Part shown: one piece after another, positions 1 through 11,279 of the stretch | Layout: every line of letters starts with the position of its first letter | Position numbering within the stretch: the stretch's first letter is position 1 | From: Xanthomonas campestris pv. campestris str. ATCC 33913 | Lineage (GTDB): Bacteria; Pseudomonadota; Gammaproteobacteria; Xanthomonadales; Xanthomonadaceae | NCBI RefSeq assembly: GCF_000007145.1 | Contig: NC_003902.1 | Span: forward strand, 2,107,436-2,139,435 | Length of the DNA: 32,000 nucleotides | Direction: 5' to 3' | Notes under the pieces: model-generated | What the model was told of the DNA's origin: nothing | What the model saw: the letters and a program-made list of their open reading frames with translations, nothing else | Database searches by the model: none | Program-made: the position numbers and the translations under genes

Positions 1-714
1 GTGGCGGTGCGCTCCAACGGGCATGCCGATGCGCTGGCACAGTTGCAGGCGCTGGAGACCTCGGTGGGCGCGAGCGTAACGCTGGGCGAGGGCATTGCCG
101 AGTTGCGTGAGGTGCTGGAACTGGTCAAGGCGCTGGGCGTGCCCGAGACCGCCTACTGCCTGAATTTCTCGATCGCGCGTGGGTTGGATTACTACACCGG
201 CACCGTCTACGAGACCACGCTGACCGATCACCCGCAGATCGGCTCGATCTGCTCGGGCGGCCGGTACGAAAACCTGGCCAGCCACTACACCAAGTCCAAG
301 CTGCCGGGCGTGGGCATTTCCATTGGCTTGACGCGGTTGTTCTGGCAGCTGCGCGAGGCCGGCCTGATCGCCGGGATCGCCGAGAGCAGCGTGCACGCGA
401 TGGTGGCGCTGATGGACGAGTCGCGCCTGGATGATGCGCTGGATATCGCGCGCCGCCTACGCATTGGCGGCATCAATACCGAAGTGCAGATGGAGCCAAA
501 GAAGGTCGGCAAGCAGTTCCAGTACGCCGCGCGTGCGGGCATCCGCTTTGTGGTGCTGGCCGGCGACGACGAGCTGGCGCGTGGCGTGGTGGCGGTGAAG
601 GACCTGGTGCGCGAGCAGCAGTTCGACGTGGCCCGCGACGAGCTGGCCAGCACGTTGCAGGTGGAGCTGGAGCAGGCCAAGGCGATGCTGGTGTCGGGGA
701 TCGCGGCGAACTGA
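1..714 (+). CDS. hisS: Histidine--tRNA ligase, C-terminal part (5' end lies outside the window)
   Basis: The frame is open from base 1 and stops at 712-714. It contains the class II motif-3 region [11 protein letters not shown]...[12 protein letters not shown]. An anticodon-binding-type C-terminal domain follows (VALMDE...[36 protein letters not shown]), which argues for HisS rather than HisZ. Confidence 0.9.
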   Translation: MAVRSNGHADALAQLQALETSVGASVTLGEGIAELREVLELVKALGVPETAYCLNFSIARGLDYYTGTVYETTLTDHPQIGSICSGGRYENLASHYTKSKLPGVGISIGLTRLFWQLREAGLIAGIAESSVHAMVALMDESRLDDALDIARRLRIGGINTEVQMEPKKVGKQFQYAARAGIRFVVLAGDDELARGVVAVKDLVREQQFDVARDELASTLQVELEQAKAMLVSGIAAN

Positions 715-790
715 TCGCGCCCATTGCACGGGCGTTGCGGGCAGCTGGCCGGAGCGATCTGGCCGGCTGCTTTCGTTTTCGGGGCAGGAT

Positions 791-835
791 GCGTGGCGGT
801 GGCGGTGGCGGTGGCGGTGGCGGTGGCGCTGCGGT
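791..835. repeat. Hexanucleotide microsatellite (TGGCGG)n: 5 perfect units plus degenerate flanking units
   Basis: Read directly: gcg tggcgg x5 (794-823), then tggcgc and tgcggt. It lies in the hisS / TrpR-like intergenic region. Confidence 0.9.
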
Positions 836-912
836 AGCGATACCAGGGCGCGTCCGTGCAGGGCGCTCTGCATGAACACCGCAAGTTCGCCCGCTTGTCC
901 TCATGGCCCCGT

Positions 913-944
913 TTGCGCTAATGTACTAACACGCTATTACATTA
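913..944 (+). promoter_or_regulatory. Candidate promoter/operator: AT-rich island with inverted repeat TAATGTA-N12-TACATTA
   Basis: TAATGTA at 919-925 and its exact reverse complement TACATTA at 938-944. Possible -35 TTGCGC (913-918) and -10 TATTAC (935-940), 10 nt upstream of the ATG at 950. Locally AT-rich in a GC-rich genome. No experimental support. Confidence 0.35.
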
Positions 945-949
945 ACGCG

Positions 950-1276
950 ATGAAACAACGACCTGCTCCCCGCGAAAGTACCGATGTCGCCGCCTCGCTG
1001 AAGATGCTGTCCGAGGCACTGGCCTGCCTGGAGGCGCCCGGCGCCGTCGAGGCCTTCCTGCGTGACCTGTGCACGCCGGCCGAACTCGAAGCCATGTCCG
1101 ACCGCTGGCGGGTGGTGCCGTTGCTGGTCAAGGGCGTGCCGTATCGCGAGATCCATGACCTGACCCAGGTCAGCGTCACCACCATCGGGCGTGTCGCGCG
1201 CACCCTGGAACACGGCGCCGGCGGCTATGCCGCGGCCCTGCGCGAGCAATCGTCGCGCCCTGTCGAATCCCACTGA
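950..1276 (+). CDS. TrpR-family YerC/YecD-like DNA-binding protein (108 aa)
   Basis: The sequence FLRDLCTPAELEAMSDRWRVVPLLVKGVPYREIHDLTQVSVTTIGRVARTL matches the Trp-repressor-like YerC/YecD fold family from memory (HTH SVTTIGRVAR). I chose the ATG at 950 rather than the ORF-track start at 872, because the 26-aa extension covers the AT-rich promoter-like island. It stops 9 nt before hisG. Confidence 0.8.
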   Translation: MKQRPAPRESTDVAASLKMLSEALACLEAPGAVEAFLRDLCTPAELEAMSDRWRVVPLLVKGVPYREIHDLTQVSVTTIGRVARTLEHGAGGYAAALREQSSRPVESH

Positions 1277-3488
<2,212 letters not shown>

Positions 3489-3492
<4 letters not shown>

Positions 3493-4577
3493 GCACGGCA
3501 TCGGTAATGGATCTGGTGCGTGACGATCTGCGCGCATTTGCAGGCTATGCGTCGGCGCGCACGAGTGCATTGCAAGGCGATGTGTGGCTCAACGCTAACG
3601 AGTCGGCCTGGGGAAATCCGGCCGATCCCGACGCCAGCACGCGTCGCTATCCTGATCCGCAGCCCAAGGGCCTGCGTGCGGCGCTGGCGCAGCTGTATGG
3701 GTGTGCGACCGAGCAATTGCTGATCGGCCGTGGCAGCGACGAGGCCATCGATCTGCTGGTGCGTGGCCTGTGCGTGCCCGAGCGCGATGCGGTGGTGGTC
3801 ACACCGCCGGTGTTCGGCATGTATGCGGTGTGCGCGCGCCTGCAGAGCGCGCCGCTGGTCGAAGTGCCGTTGGTGGATGGGGCGGACGGTTTGCATGCCG
3901 ATGTGCCGGCGATCGTGCAGGCCGCGCTGGACGCCAAGGCCAAGCTGGTGTTCCTGTGCTCGCCGTCCAACCCAGCCGGCTCGGCGATCCCGCTGGCCGA
4001 AATCGAAGCTGCCTTGCAGGCGCTGCAGGGCAAGGCGGTGGTGGTGGTGGATGAAGCTTATGGCGAGTTCTCCGATGTGCCCTCGGCCATTGGCCTGCTT
4101 GCGCGCTACGACAATCTGGCGGTGTTGCGCACCTTGTCCAAGGCGCACGCGCTGGCGGCTGCGCGCATCGGCAGCCTGATCGCCAATGCCGAGCTGATCG
4201 CGTTGTTGCGCCGTTGCCAGGCGCCGTATCCGGTACCCACGCCATGCGCGGTGATGGCCGAGCAGGCCTTGTCTGCACCTGCGCTGGCGGTGACGCAGCG
4301 GCGGGTGACCGAGATCCGTGCCGAGCGCGCACGCCTGCATGCCGCGCTGGTGCAGGTGGCCGGCGTGCGCCAGGTCTACCCCTCGCAGGGCAACTTCCTG
4401 CTGGTGCGTTTCGACGACGCCGAAGCAGCGTTCCAGGCGCTGCTCGAAGCGGGTGTGGTGGTGCGTGATCAACGCGCGGTGCCGCGCCTGTCCGATGCAC
4501 TGCGCATCACCATCGGCACACCCGACCAGAATGACCGTGTGTTGGGCGCATTGCAGCGCAAGCAGGAGGCCGCATGA
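3489..4577 (+). CDS. hisC: Histidinol-phosphate aminotransferase (362 aa)
   Basis: The ATG at 3489 overlaps the hisD stop (ATGA). Class II aminotransferase features: [42 protein letters not shown] (PLP lysine motif SK). Confidence 0.93.
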
Positions 4578-5701
4578 CCCCGATTCTTTTCGTCGACCGC
4601 GATGGCACGCTGATTACCGAGCCGGCCGATTTCCAGATCGACGCCTACGAAAAGCTGCGCTTTGTCGACGGCGTGATTCCGGCCATGCTCAAGCTGCGCG
4701 ATGCCGGCTACCAGTTCGTCATCGTCAGCAACCAGGACGGTCTGGGCAGCGAGAGCTATCCGCAGGCATCCTTCGACGGCCCCAACAACCTGATGCTGCA
4801 GATCTTCGCCAGCCAGGGCATCGTGTTCCGCGAAGTGCTGATCGACTGCAGCTGGCCGGCCGACAACGCGCCGACGCGCAAGCCGGGCGTTGGCCTGATG
4901 GTGCCGTACCTGCAGGACCGCACCATCGACTGGAGCCGTTCGGCGATGGTGGGCGACCGCATCACCGACATCCAGTTCGCGCAGAACCTCAACATCCGCG
5001 GGTTCCAGCTGCGCACCGAGCAGTTCGGCGGCGATTGGGACTGGGCCGGCATCGCACACGAACTGGCCGATGCCCCGCGCCGCGCGGTGGTCCAGCGCAA
5101 TACCAAGGAAACCCGCATCCGCGTGGAGCTCGACCTGGACCGCGTGGCCGAACCGCACACCGCCACCGGGCTGCCGTTCTTCGATCACATGCTCGAGCAG
5201 ATCGGCAAGCACGGCGGGTTTGCGCTGGATATCCGCGCCGAAGGCGACCTGCACATCGATGAGCACCACACCATCGAAGACACTGGCTTGGCGCTGGGGC
5301 AGGCCTTGCGCGAAGCCTTGGGCGACAAGCGCGGTATTGGCCGCTATGGCTTTGATCCGGACGACAGCCCATGGCGCGTAGCGGGCGACACCACACAGCA
5401 CGGCTTTACCTTGCCGATGGACGAAACCATCGCCAGTGCTGCGCTGGATTTCAGCGGCCGGCCATACTTCGTGTTCGACGGCGACTTCAAACGCGAGCGC
5501 GTTGGCGACATGCCCACCGAGCTGGTGCCGCACTTCTTCCGTTCGGTGTGCGATGCATCCGGATTGAATCTGCATCTGCACGTGCGCGGCGAGAACGATC
5601 ACCACAAGGTGGAAGGCTGCTTCAAGGCATTGGCGCGTGCACTGCGCCAGGCGATCCGCCGCGAGGGCACCGCGTTGCCATCCACCAAGGGGGCGCTATG
5701 A
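4574..5701 (+). CDS. hisB: Bifunctional histidinol-phosphatase / imidazoleglycerol-phosphate dehydratase (375 aa)
   Basis: N-terminal HAD motif FVDRDGTLI...VSNQDG...GDRITD. C-terminal IGPD motifs: [37 protein letters not shown] overlap with hisC. Confidence 0.95.
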   Translation: MTPILFVDRDGTLITEPADFQIDAYEKLRFVDGVIPAMLKLRDAGYQFVIVSNQDGLGSESYPQASFDGPNNLMLQIFASQGIVFREVLIDCSWPADNAPTRKPGVGLMVPYLQDRTIDWSRSAMVGDRITDIQFAQNLNIRGFQLRTEQFGGDWDWAGIAHELADAPRRAVVQRNTKETRIRVELDLDRVAEPHTATGLPFFDHMLEQIGKHGGFALDIRAEGDLHIDEHHTIEDTGLALGQALREALGDKRGIGRYGFDPDDSPWRVAGDTTQHGFTLPMDETIASAALDFSGRPYFVFDGDFKRERVGDMPTELVPHFFRSVCDASGLNLHLHVRGENDHHKVEGCFKALARALRQAIRREGTALPSTKGAL

Positions 5702-6300
5702 CCGATCTCGCGCTCATCGACGCCGGCGGTGCCAATCTGGGCTCGGTGCGCTATGCGCTCGAGCGCCTGGGCGTGGAAGCGCGCGTGGTGCGTGATGCGC
5801 AGGGCCTGCAGGGCGCCGAGCGCGTCATCCTGCCGGGCGTGGGCGCAGCGCCGGAGGCCATGGCGCGCCTGCGTGCGCAGGGCCTGATTGAACCGCTGCA
5901 GCAATTGCAGGTGCCGCTGATCGGTATTTGCCTGGGCATGCAGCTGTTGTTCGAGCATTCCGAAGAAGGCGATGTGGACTGCCTGGGAATGCTGCCGGGC
6001 ATCGTGCGGCACATGACGCCGGCGCTTGGCATTCGCGTACCGCACATGGGCTGGAACCAGCTGGTGCCGATGCGTGACTCCGCGCTGCTTGCTGGATTGC
6101 CGGAGCGTGCCAGCGCCTATTTCGTGCATGGCTATGCCGCGCCAGTCACCGCCGACACCGTGGCCGCCTGCGACCACGGCGGGCTGTTCACCGCGGTGGT
6201 GCAGAGCGGCTTGCGGTGCGGCGCGCAATTCCACCCCGAGCGTTCCGCCGACACCGGCGCGCGCATCCTGCGCAATTTTCTTGAGATGAGCTTCCCATGA
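5698..6300 (+). CDS. hisH: Imidazole glycerol phosphate synthase, glutaminase subunit (200 aa)
   Basis: The ATG at 5698 overlaps the hisB stop. Motifs: [17 protein letters not shown] (catalytic Cys), GAQFHPERS. Confidence 0.95.
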   Translation: MTDLALIDAGGANLGSVRYALERLGVEARVVRDAQGLQGAERVILPGVGAAPEAMARLRAQGLIEPLQQLQVPLIGICLGMQLLFEHSEEGDVDCLGMLPGIVRHMTPALGIRVPHMGWNQLVPMRDSALLAGLPERASAYFVHGYAAPVTADTVAACDHGGLFTAVVQSGLRCGAQFHPERSADTGARILRNFLEMSFP

Positions 6301-7031
6301 GTTTCACCGTTTACCCCGCGCTGGACATCCGCGACGGCCGCGTGGTGCGGCTGCTGCAAGGCGATTACGCCCGCGAAACCCGCTACGGCGACGATGTGCT
6401 GCCGCGTGCGCAGGCGTTTGCCGACGCCGGTGCGCAGTGGATGCATCTGGTGGATCTGGATGCGGCCAAGGCCGGCGGCTACACCTTGGCCGCGCTGCTC
6501 GGTCAGATTAGCCGTCAGACCGGCCTGCAGGTGCAGACCGGTGGCGGTGTGCGCTCGCGCGAGGATGTGGCGCGCATTCTCGATGCCGGCGCGGCGCGTG
6601 TAGTGGTGGGCTCGCTGGCCGTGCGCGACAGCGCCACGGTGATCGGCTGGCTGCAGGAATTCGGCACCGATCGGCTGACCATCGCGCTGGACACACGCCA
6701 GGACGCAGCGGGCGTATGGCAACTGCCGGTGCATGGCTGGACCGAAACCGCCGAGGCCACGCTGGATCAACTGGCCACGCAGTACGCGCAGGCCGGTCTG
6801 CAGCATCTGTTGTGCACCGACATCGCGCGTGACGGCATGCTGTCCGGCCCCAACATGGGCTTGTATGCGCATCTGCGCGCACTGGCGCCGCAGTTGCAGG
6901 TGCAGGTCTCCGGTGGCGCGCGCAATCTGGCCGACGTGGCCGCGGCCAAGGCGGCTGGGTGTGCCGGCATCGTGCTCGGCAAGGCGCTGCTGGAAGGTCA
7001 TCTGGATCTGAAGGACGCACTGGCATGCTGA
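6297..7031 (+). CDS. hisA: ProFAR isomerase (244 aa)
   Basis: [56 protein letters not shown] overlap with hisH. Confidence 0.95.
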   Translation: MSFTVYPALDIRDGRVVRLLQGDYARETRYGDDVLPRAQAFADAGAQWMHLVDLDAAKAGGYTLAALLGQISRQTGLQVQTGGGVRSREDVARILDAGAARVVVGSLAVRDSATVIGWLQEFGTDRLTIALDTRQDAAGVWQLPVHGWTETAEATLDQLATQYAQAGLQHLLCTDIARDGMLSGPNMGLYAHLRALAPQLQVQVSGGARNLADVAAAKAAGCAGIVLGKALLEGHLDLKDALAC

Positions 7032-7801
7032 GCCGTCGCATCATTCCCTGCCTGGACGTGCGCGATGGCCGCGTGGTCAAGGGCGTCAAGTTCCGCGACC
7101 ACATCGACATGGGCGACATCGTCGAGTTGGCGATGCGCTACCGCGACCAGGGCGCGGACGAGTTGGTGTTCTACGACATTGGCGCCAGCCCGGAAGGGCG
7201 TTCGGTGGACTATGCGTGGGTCGAGCGCGTTGCGCGCCTGATCGACATCCCGTTCTGCGTGGCCGGCGGCATCCGCGATGTAGAAACCGCGCGTGCGGTG
7301 CTGCATGCCGGCGCCGACAAGATCTCCATCAACTCGCCGGCATTGGGGCGGCCGCAGCTGATCTCCGAGCTGGCCGACGCCTTTGGCGTGCAATGCGTGG
7401 TGGTCGGCATCGACTCGATCCGCGAAGAGGACGGGCAGTGGCGCGTCCGCCGCTACACCGGCGACCCAAGCAAGACCCAGGCGCTGCCGATGCGCACGCT
7501 GGACTGGGTGGCCGAGGCGCAGCGACTGGGTGCGGGCGAGATCGTGCTCAATTGCATGGATAACGACGGGGTCCGGCATGGCTACGATATTGCGCAGCTG
7601 CGCCAGGTGCGCGCGTTGTGCCGGGTACCGCTGATTGCCTCCGGCGGCGCTGGCGAGATGCAGCACTTCGCCGACGTGTTCGACCAGGCCGACGCCGATG
7701 GTGCGCTGGCGGCCAGTGTCTTCCATAGCGGCGCAATTCCGATTCCGGAACTCAAGCGCTTCCTGCGTGCGCAACAGATCGAGGTACGTGATGGGCAGTG
7801 A
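7025..7801 (+). CDS. hisF: Imidazole glycerol phosphate synthase, cyclase subunit (258 aa)
   Basis: The ATG at 7025 gives [23 protein letters not shown], the canonical HisF N-terminus. Also [26 protein letters not shown]. 7-nt overlap with hisA. Confidence 0.95.
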   Translation: MLSRRIIPCLDVRDGRVVKGVKFRDHIDMGDIVELAMRYRDQGADELVFYDIGASPEGRSVDYAWVERVARLIDIPFCVAGGIRDVETARAVLHAGADKISINSPALGRPQLISELADAFGVQCVVVGIDSIREEDGQWRVRRYTGDPSKTQALPMRTLDWVAEAQRLGAGEIVLNCMDNDGVRHGYDIAQLRQVRALCRVPLIASGGAGEMQHFADVFDQADADGALAASVFHSGAIPIPELKRFLRAQQIEVRDGQ

Positions 7802-8411
7802 AACTACGGCCGCGGGCGATGCGCTCGATGCGCTGGACTGGAACAAGGGCGACGGCTTGCTGCCTGTGATCGTGCAGGACGCCGACAACCTGCGCGTGCT
7901 GATGCTGGGCTACATGAACGCCGAGGCGCTTGCGGTGACGCGTGCGCGTGGCGAGGTCACTTTTTTCAGCCGCAGCAAGCAGCGCCTCTGGACCAAAGGC
8001 GAGAGCTCGGGAAATGTGCTGCGCGTGGTCGCGATCGAAACCGATTGCGATGCGGACACCTTGCTGGTGCAGGCACGTCCGCACGGCCCGACCTGCCACC
8101 TGGGCCGCACCAGTTGCTTCCCGACCGCGCCCAGCCAGTTCCTCGGCAGCCTGGACGCCTTGATCGCCGAGCGCGAGCACGAGCGCCCGCATGGCAGCTA
8201 CACCACCAAGTTGTTTGAGCAAGGCATCCGCCGCATTGCGCAGAAGGTGGGCGAGGAGGGCGTGGAAACCGCGCTGGCCGGCGTAGTGCAGGGCGACGCC
8301 GAGTTGCTGGGCGAATCCGCCGACCTGCTGTACCACCTGATCGTGCTGCTGCGCGCACGCGGGCTGGGCCTGGGCGATGCAGTGGCGCTGCTGGAATCGC
8401 GGCACAAGTAA
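7791..8411 (+). CDS. hisI: Bifunctional phosphoribosyl-AMP cyclohydrolase / phosphoribosyl-ATP pyrophosphatase (206 aa)
   Basis: GLLPVIVQD...[12 protein letters not shown]...[18 protein letters not shown]...DCDADTLL (HisI), followed by SYTTKLF...KVGEEGVE...ESADLLYHL (HisE). The ATG at 7791 overlaps hisF by 11 nt. Confidence 0.95.
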   Translation: MGSETTAAGDALDALDWNKGDGLLPVIVQDADNLRVLMLGYMNAEALAVTRARGEVTFFSRSKQRLWTKGESSGNVLRVVAIETDCDADTLLVQARPHGPTCHLGRTSCFPTAPSQFLGSLDALIAEREHERPHGSYTTKLFEQGIRRIAQKVGEEGVETALAGVVQGDAELLGESADLLYHLIVLLRARGLGLGDAVALLESRHK

Positions 8412-8430
8412 TCGCCCACCAAAGCATCTC

Positions 8431-8497
8431 GTAGGAGCGCGCTTGCGCGCGATGGGTTTTATCGATAACGCCTCGTCGCGCGCAAGCGCGCTCCTAC
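8431..8497. repeat. REP-type palindromic element with GTAG terminus, copy 1 (67 nt hairpin)
   Basis: GTAGGAGCGCGCTTGCGCGCGA ... TCGCGCGCAAGCGCGCTCCTAC forms a perfect 22-bp stem. The loop carries the mini-palindrome TTATCGATAA. It resembles the GTAG-ended REPs (SMAG-like) of Stenotrophomonas and Xanthomonas, from memory. Confidence 0.85.
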
Positions 8498-8647
8498 GCA
8501 AAGCGGGACTGCCACAGACCTTATCGCAGCCAGTCGCATCGTCGCTGCGCAGCGCCTCTTGTTGCTGCGCACCGCTAGGCTTGTGCGATGCAATGGCGTC
8601 GCCGGAATCGCGGCACAAGGTGATTCGCGTGATAGCTAGTGCACCCC

Positions 8648-8714
8648 GTAGGAGCGCGCTTGCGCGCGATGGGCGTTACCGATAACGCCTCATCGCGCGC
8701 GAGCGCGCTCCTAC
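8648..8714. repeat. REP-type palindromic element with GTAG terminus, copy 2
   Basis: Same arms as copy 1, with one arm substitution. The loop has the sub-stem GGCGTTA-CCGA-TAACGCC. Confidence 0.85.
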
Positions 8715-8864
8715 GTAGAGCTGGGCTGCCGCAGATCTGATTGCACTCAGCTCCTCGTCGCTGTGCACTGCATCTCATTGACGCGCGCGGCTGGGCCTGG
8801 TCAATGCAATGGCGCTGTTGGAAATCCCGGCACAAGGTGATTCGCGTGGTAGCTAATGCACGTC

Positions 8865-8931
8865 GTAGGAGCGCGCTTGCGCGCGATGGGCGTTACCGAT
8901 AACGCCTCATCGTGCGCAAGCGCGCTCCTAC
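8865..8931. repeat. REP-type palindromic element with GTAG terminus, copy 3
   Basis: Same element as copies 1 and 2. Its last 7 nt (ctcctac, 8925-8931) are also the first 7 nt of the 448-bp duplicated segment. Confidence 0.85.
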
Positions 8932-9821
8932 GCACTGCGGATCCGACATCTCATCGCGCAGACACCCCCACGCGTCGTGATGACCTACCCACCCGACACT
9001 GCGGTGGCCCAGCAGGCCCCGCTACAATTACGGCTGGTTATCGCGGGAACACCCATGCAGCTTCGTTTCGCTCTCCTGGCCCTGGGCCTGCTCGCAGGCA
9101 CTGCGCATGCGCGCGATGTCGTGGTCGATGGCTTGGTGTTCGAAGAGCGCGACGGCACGCCGGGGCGGGGCCGTGATGAGCCTGGTCTTGCCGATGTCAT
9201 CGTCTCCAATGGGCAGCAGCTGGTGCGCACCGACGCGCAGGGCCGCTACCGTCTGCCGGTGCGCGAGGGCCAGACCGTGTTTGTGATCAAGCCGGGCGAT
9301 CGCAGTTTCGTTCCCGATGCCGATGGCTTGCCCGGGTTCTGGCGCCATTACGCGCCCAAGGGCTCGCCCAAGCTCCTACGCACTGCGGATCCGACATCTC
9401 ATCGCGCAGACACCCCCACGCGTCGTGATGACCTACCCACCCGACACTGCGGTGGCCCAGCAGGCCCCGCTACAATTACGGCTGGTTATCGCGGGAACAC
9501 CCATGCAGCTTCGTTTCGCTCTCCTGGCCCTGGGCCTGCTCGCAGGCACTGCGCATGCGCGCGATGTCGTGGTCGATGGCTTGGTGTTCGAAGAGCGCGA
9601 CGGCACGCCGGGGCGGGGCCGTGATGAGCCTGGTCTTGCCGATGTCATCGTCTCCAATGGGCAGCAGCTGGTGCGCACCGACGCGCAGGGCCGCTACCGT
9701 CTGCCGGTGCGCGAGGGCCAGACCGTGTTTGTGATCAAGCCGGGCGATCGCAGTTTCGTTCCCGATGCCGATGGCTTGCCCGGGTTCTGGCGCCATTACG
9801 CGCCCAAGGGCTCGCCCAAGC
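8924..9821. repeat. Perfect 448-bp direct tandem duplication (2 copies: 8925-9372 and 9373-9820)
   Basis: A base-by-base read of both copies shows no mismatch. The junction reads ...ggctcgcccaag|ctcctacgcactg.... One flanking base on each side is ambiguous. The ORF track shows identical peptides at an offset of 448 (for example 8985-9230 versus 9433-9678). Confidence 0.95.
9055..9624 (+). pseudogene. Truncated duplicate of the metallophosphoesterase 5' end: signal peptide plus the first 106 codons, then a frameshifted read-through of the duplication junction
   Basis: The ATG at 9055 equals the ATG at 9503 minus 448. It is identical to the intact gene up to ...YAPKGSPK (9372). Because 448 is not a multiple of 3, the frame then shifts to LLRTADPTSHRADTP..., with a stop at 9622-9624. 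Confidence 0.7.
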
Positions 9822-11089
9822 GCAAATACAGCGGCATCGCTGCCACTGGCACCAACGCCCGCAACTGGAATTTCGCACTGACCCCGCGCGTCGCCGCGCA
9901 GGCAAGCGGCTTCCAGATGCTGGTGTTTGCCGACAGCCAGACCGCCAGCCTGGCCGATGTGGACTACTACCGCCGCGATATCGTCGCGCCCATCGTCGGC
10001 AAGGTCCCCGCGCGCCTGGGTACCACGCTGGGCGATATCGTCAGCGACGATCTGAGCCTGTACCCGGCCTTGAACAAGGTCACCACGCAGCTGGGCGTGC
10101 CGTGGTTCCATGTGCCGGGCAACCACGACCTCAACTTCGATGCGCGGGATGACCTGCAATCACTGGACAGCTGGCGCGCGATCTATGGCCCGGACACTTA
10201 TGCGGTGGAAGAGGCCAACGCGAGCTTCGTGTTTCTGGACGATGTGATCTATACGCCGGGCGCCAAGCCGGCGTACGTCGGCGGCCTGCGCGAGGATCAA
10301 TTCGCCTTTCTGCAGGCCTACCTGGCGCAGCTGCCGCGCGAGCGCCTGGTGGTGTTGGGCCTGCATATCCCGTTGTTCGATGCCGCGCCCGGGCAGGAGA
10401 CGTTTCGCCATGCCGATCGGCGTCGCCTGTTTGCGTTGCTCAAGGACTTCCCGCACGTGCTGGTGCTGAGCGCACACAGCCATACCCAGCGGCAGGCGGC
10501 GCACGGCGCCGATGAAGGCTGGCAGGGCGCGCGTCCGCTGCACGAATACAACGTGGGCGCGGCTTGTGGCGCGTTCTGGTCCGGGGTCAAGGACGCCGAC
10601 GGCATCCCGGATGCCACCATGAGCGATGGCACCCCGAACGGTTATGCGGTGCTGCAGGTAGCGCCGGGTGGCGACTACACGCTGGCGTATCACGCCGCGC
10701 GTGCGCCGGACGATGCGCAGTTGCTGCTGAGTGCACCCAAGGTGTTGCGGCAGGGCGCGTATGCGGCCTGGGGCGTGTACGCAAACGTGTTCATCGGCGA
10801 TGCGCAAACGCCGGTGGAGATGCGCATCGACGGCGGCGCCTGGCAGCCGATGAAGCGGGTGGAGCGGCCCGATCCACGCGTGCTCGCCGAGAACACGCGC
10901 GACGATGCAGCCGAGCAGCTGCGGGGGTACGACCGCTCACCGGAGGCCACGCCCTCCACGCATCTATGGCGGGGCGCATTGCCGACCACGCTGGAGGTCG
11001 GCGCGCATACCGTCGATGTGCGTGCCACCTTGCCTACCGGCGTGCAAAGCGCGCGCACCACCTATCGCCTGGAGCGCGCCACGCCCTGA
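9503..11089 (+). CDS. Secreted calcineurin-like metallophosphoesterase with an N-terminal beta-sandwich (CarboxypepD_reg-like) domain (528 aa)
   Basis: Signal peptide MQLRFALLALGLLAGTAHA|RD. A GRYRLPVREGQTVFVIKPGD-type N-domain. Phosphoesterase motifs GDIVSDD, HVPGNHD, LSAHSH. I chose the ATG at 9503 for the signal peptide. The ORF-track start at 9317 lies inside the duplicated upstream DNA. Confidence 0.85.
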   Translation: MQLRFALLALGLLAGTAHARDVVVDGLVFEERDGTPGRGRDEPGLADVIVSNGQQLVRTDAQGRYRLPVREGQTVFVIKPGDRSFVPDADGLPGFWRHYAPKGSPKRKYSGIAATGTNARNWNFALTPRVAAQASGFQMLVFADSQTASLADVDYYRRDIVAPIVGKVPARLGTTLGDIVSDDLSLYPALNKVTTQLGVPWFHVPGNHDLNFDARDDLQSLDSWRAIYGPDTYAVEEANASFVFLDDVIYTPGAKPAYVGGLREDQFAFLQAYLAQLPRERLVVLGLHIPLFDAAPGQETFRHADRRRLFALLKDFPHVLVLSAHSHTQRQAAHGADEGWQGARPLHEYNVGAACGAFWSGVKDADGIPDATMSDGTPNGYAVLQVAPGGDYTLAYHAARAPDDAQLLLSAPKVLRQGAYAAWGVYANVFIGDAQTPVEMRIDGGAWQPMKRVERPDPRVLAENTRDDAAEQLRGYDRSPEATPSTHLWRGALPTTLEVGAHTVDVRATLPTGVQSARTTYRLERATP

Positions 11090-11122
11090 GTTCGGCGCGC
11101 AGGGCGCACCCCACAAACGCGA

Positions 11123-11143
11123 ACGCCTCCACGAGGGAGGCGT
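11123..11143. terminator. Stem-loop between convergent genes (possible bidirectional terminator)
   Basis: ACGCCTCC-acgag-GGAGGCGT, an 8-bp perfect stem followed by cttgg. There is no strong T tract. Confidence 0.4.
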
Positions 11144-11279
11144 CTTGGATCCGGGCTGGCAGGCGATGGGCGCGCTGGCGGGGATCGGTGCTGGCTGGCG
11201 TGTCGCTGGCTGGCCCGGCAAGTCTAAAGATGCGCGGCCGCCGGTGACGTAATGAGAATTAGTCGCAACCTTTAGCGCA

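Larger units (their letters stand above)
8340..8975. repeat. Tandem array with exact 217-bp period, about 2.9 units. Each unit is a hisIE-3'-end-like segment plus a REP hairpin plus a tail
   Basis: The REP copies start at 8431, 8648 and 8865 (spacing 217 and 217). The last ~70 bp of hisIE (...gggctgggcctgggcgatgcagtggcgctgctggaatcgcggcacaagtaa) recurs in degenerate form near 8560-8620 and 8785-8840 (...ggctgggcctggtcaatgcaatggcgctgttggaaatcccggcacaaggtga). Confidence 0.85.

Noticed and set aside
785-879. A minus-strand peptide ...PQRHRHRHRHRHRHA... (six CAC His codons), which could mimic a histidine attenuator leader peptide next to the his operon.
   Set aside because: It is on the strand opposite to the his genes and reads into the antisense of hisS. 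No terminator/antiterminator structure or downstream gene exists on that strand. It is a by-product of the (TGGCGG)n microsatellite.
872-949. The N-terminal extension of the TrpR-like ORF (start at 872).
   Set aside because: The extension covers the AT-rich promoter-like island and adds 26 non-conserved residues to a family that is normally ~100 aa. The ATG at 950 fits better.
8431-8931. Regularly spaced palindromic repeats that could suggest a CRISPR array.
   Set aside because: The 217-bp period and 67-nt repeat are far outside CRISPR dimensions. The 'spacers' are homologous to each other and to the hisIE 3' end. There are only three copies, and no cas genes.
8377-9176. Small ORFs crossing the REP hairpins (8377-8685 +, 8575-8835 -, 8856-9176 +), with peptides such as VGARLRAMG...SALLR and RRSALARDEALS.
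   Set aside because: They are translations of the palindromic REP arms. The same peptide appears on both strands because of the dyad symmetry, and there is no independent coding signal.
9317-9502. The N-terminal extension of the metallophosphoesterase ORF (590-aa version), and the alternative MTYPPDTAV start at 9428.
   Set aside because: The extension is read from duplicated upstream and REP-tail DNA. A clean Sec signal peptide begins at the ATG at 9503.
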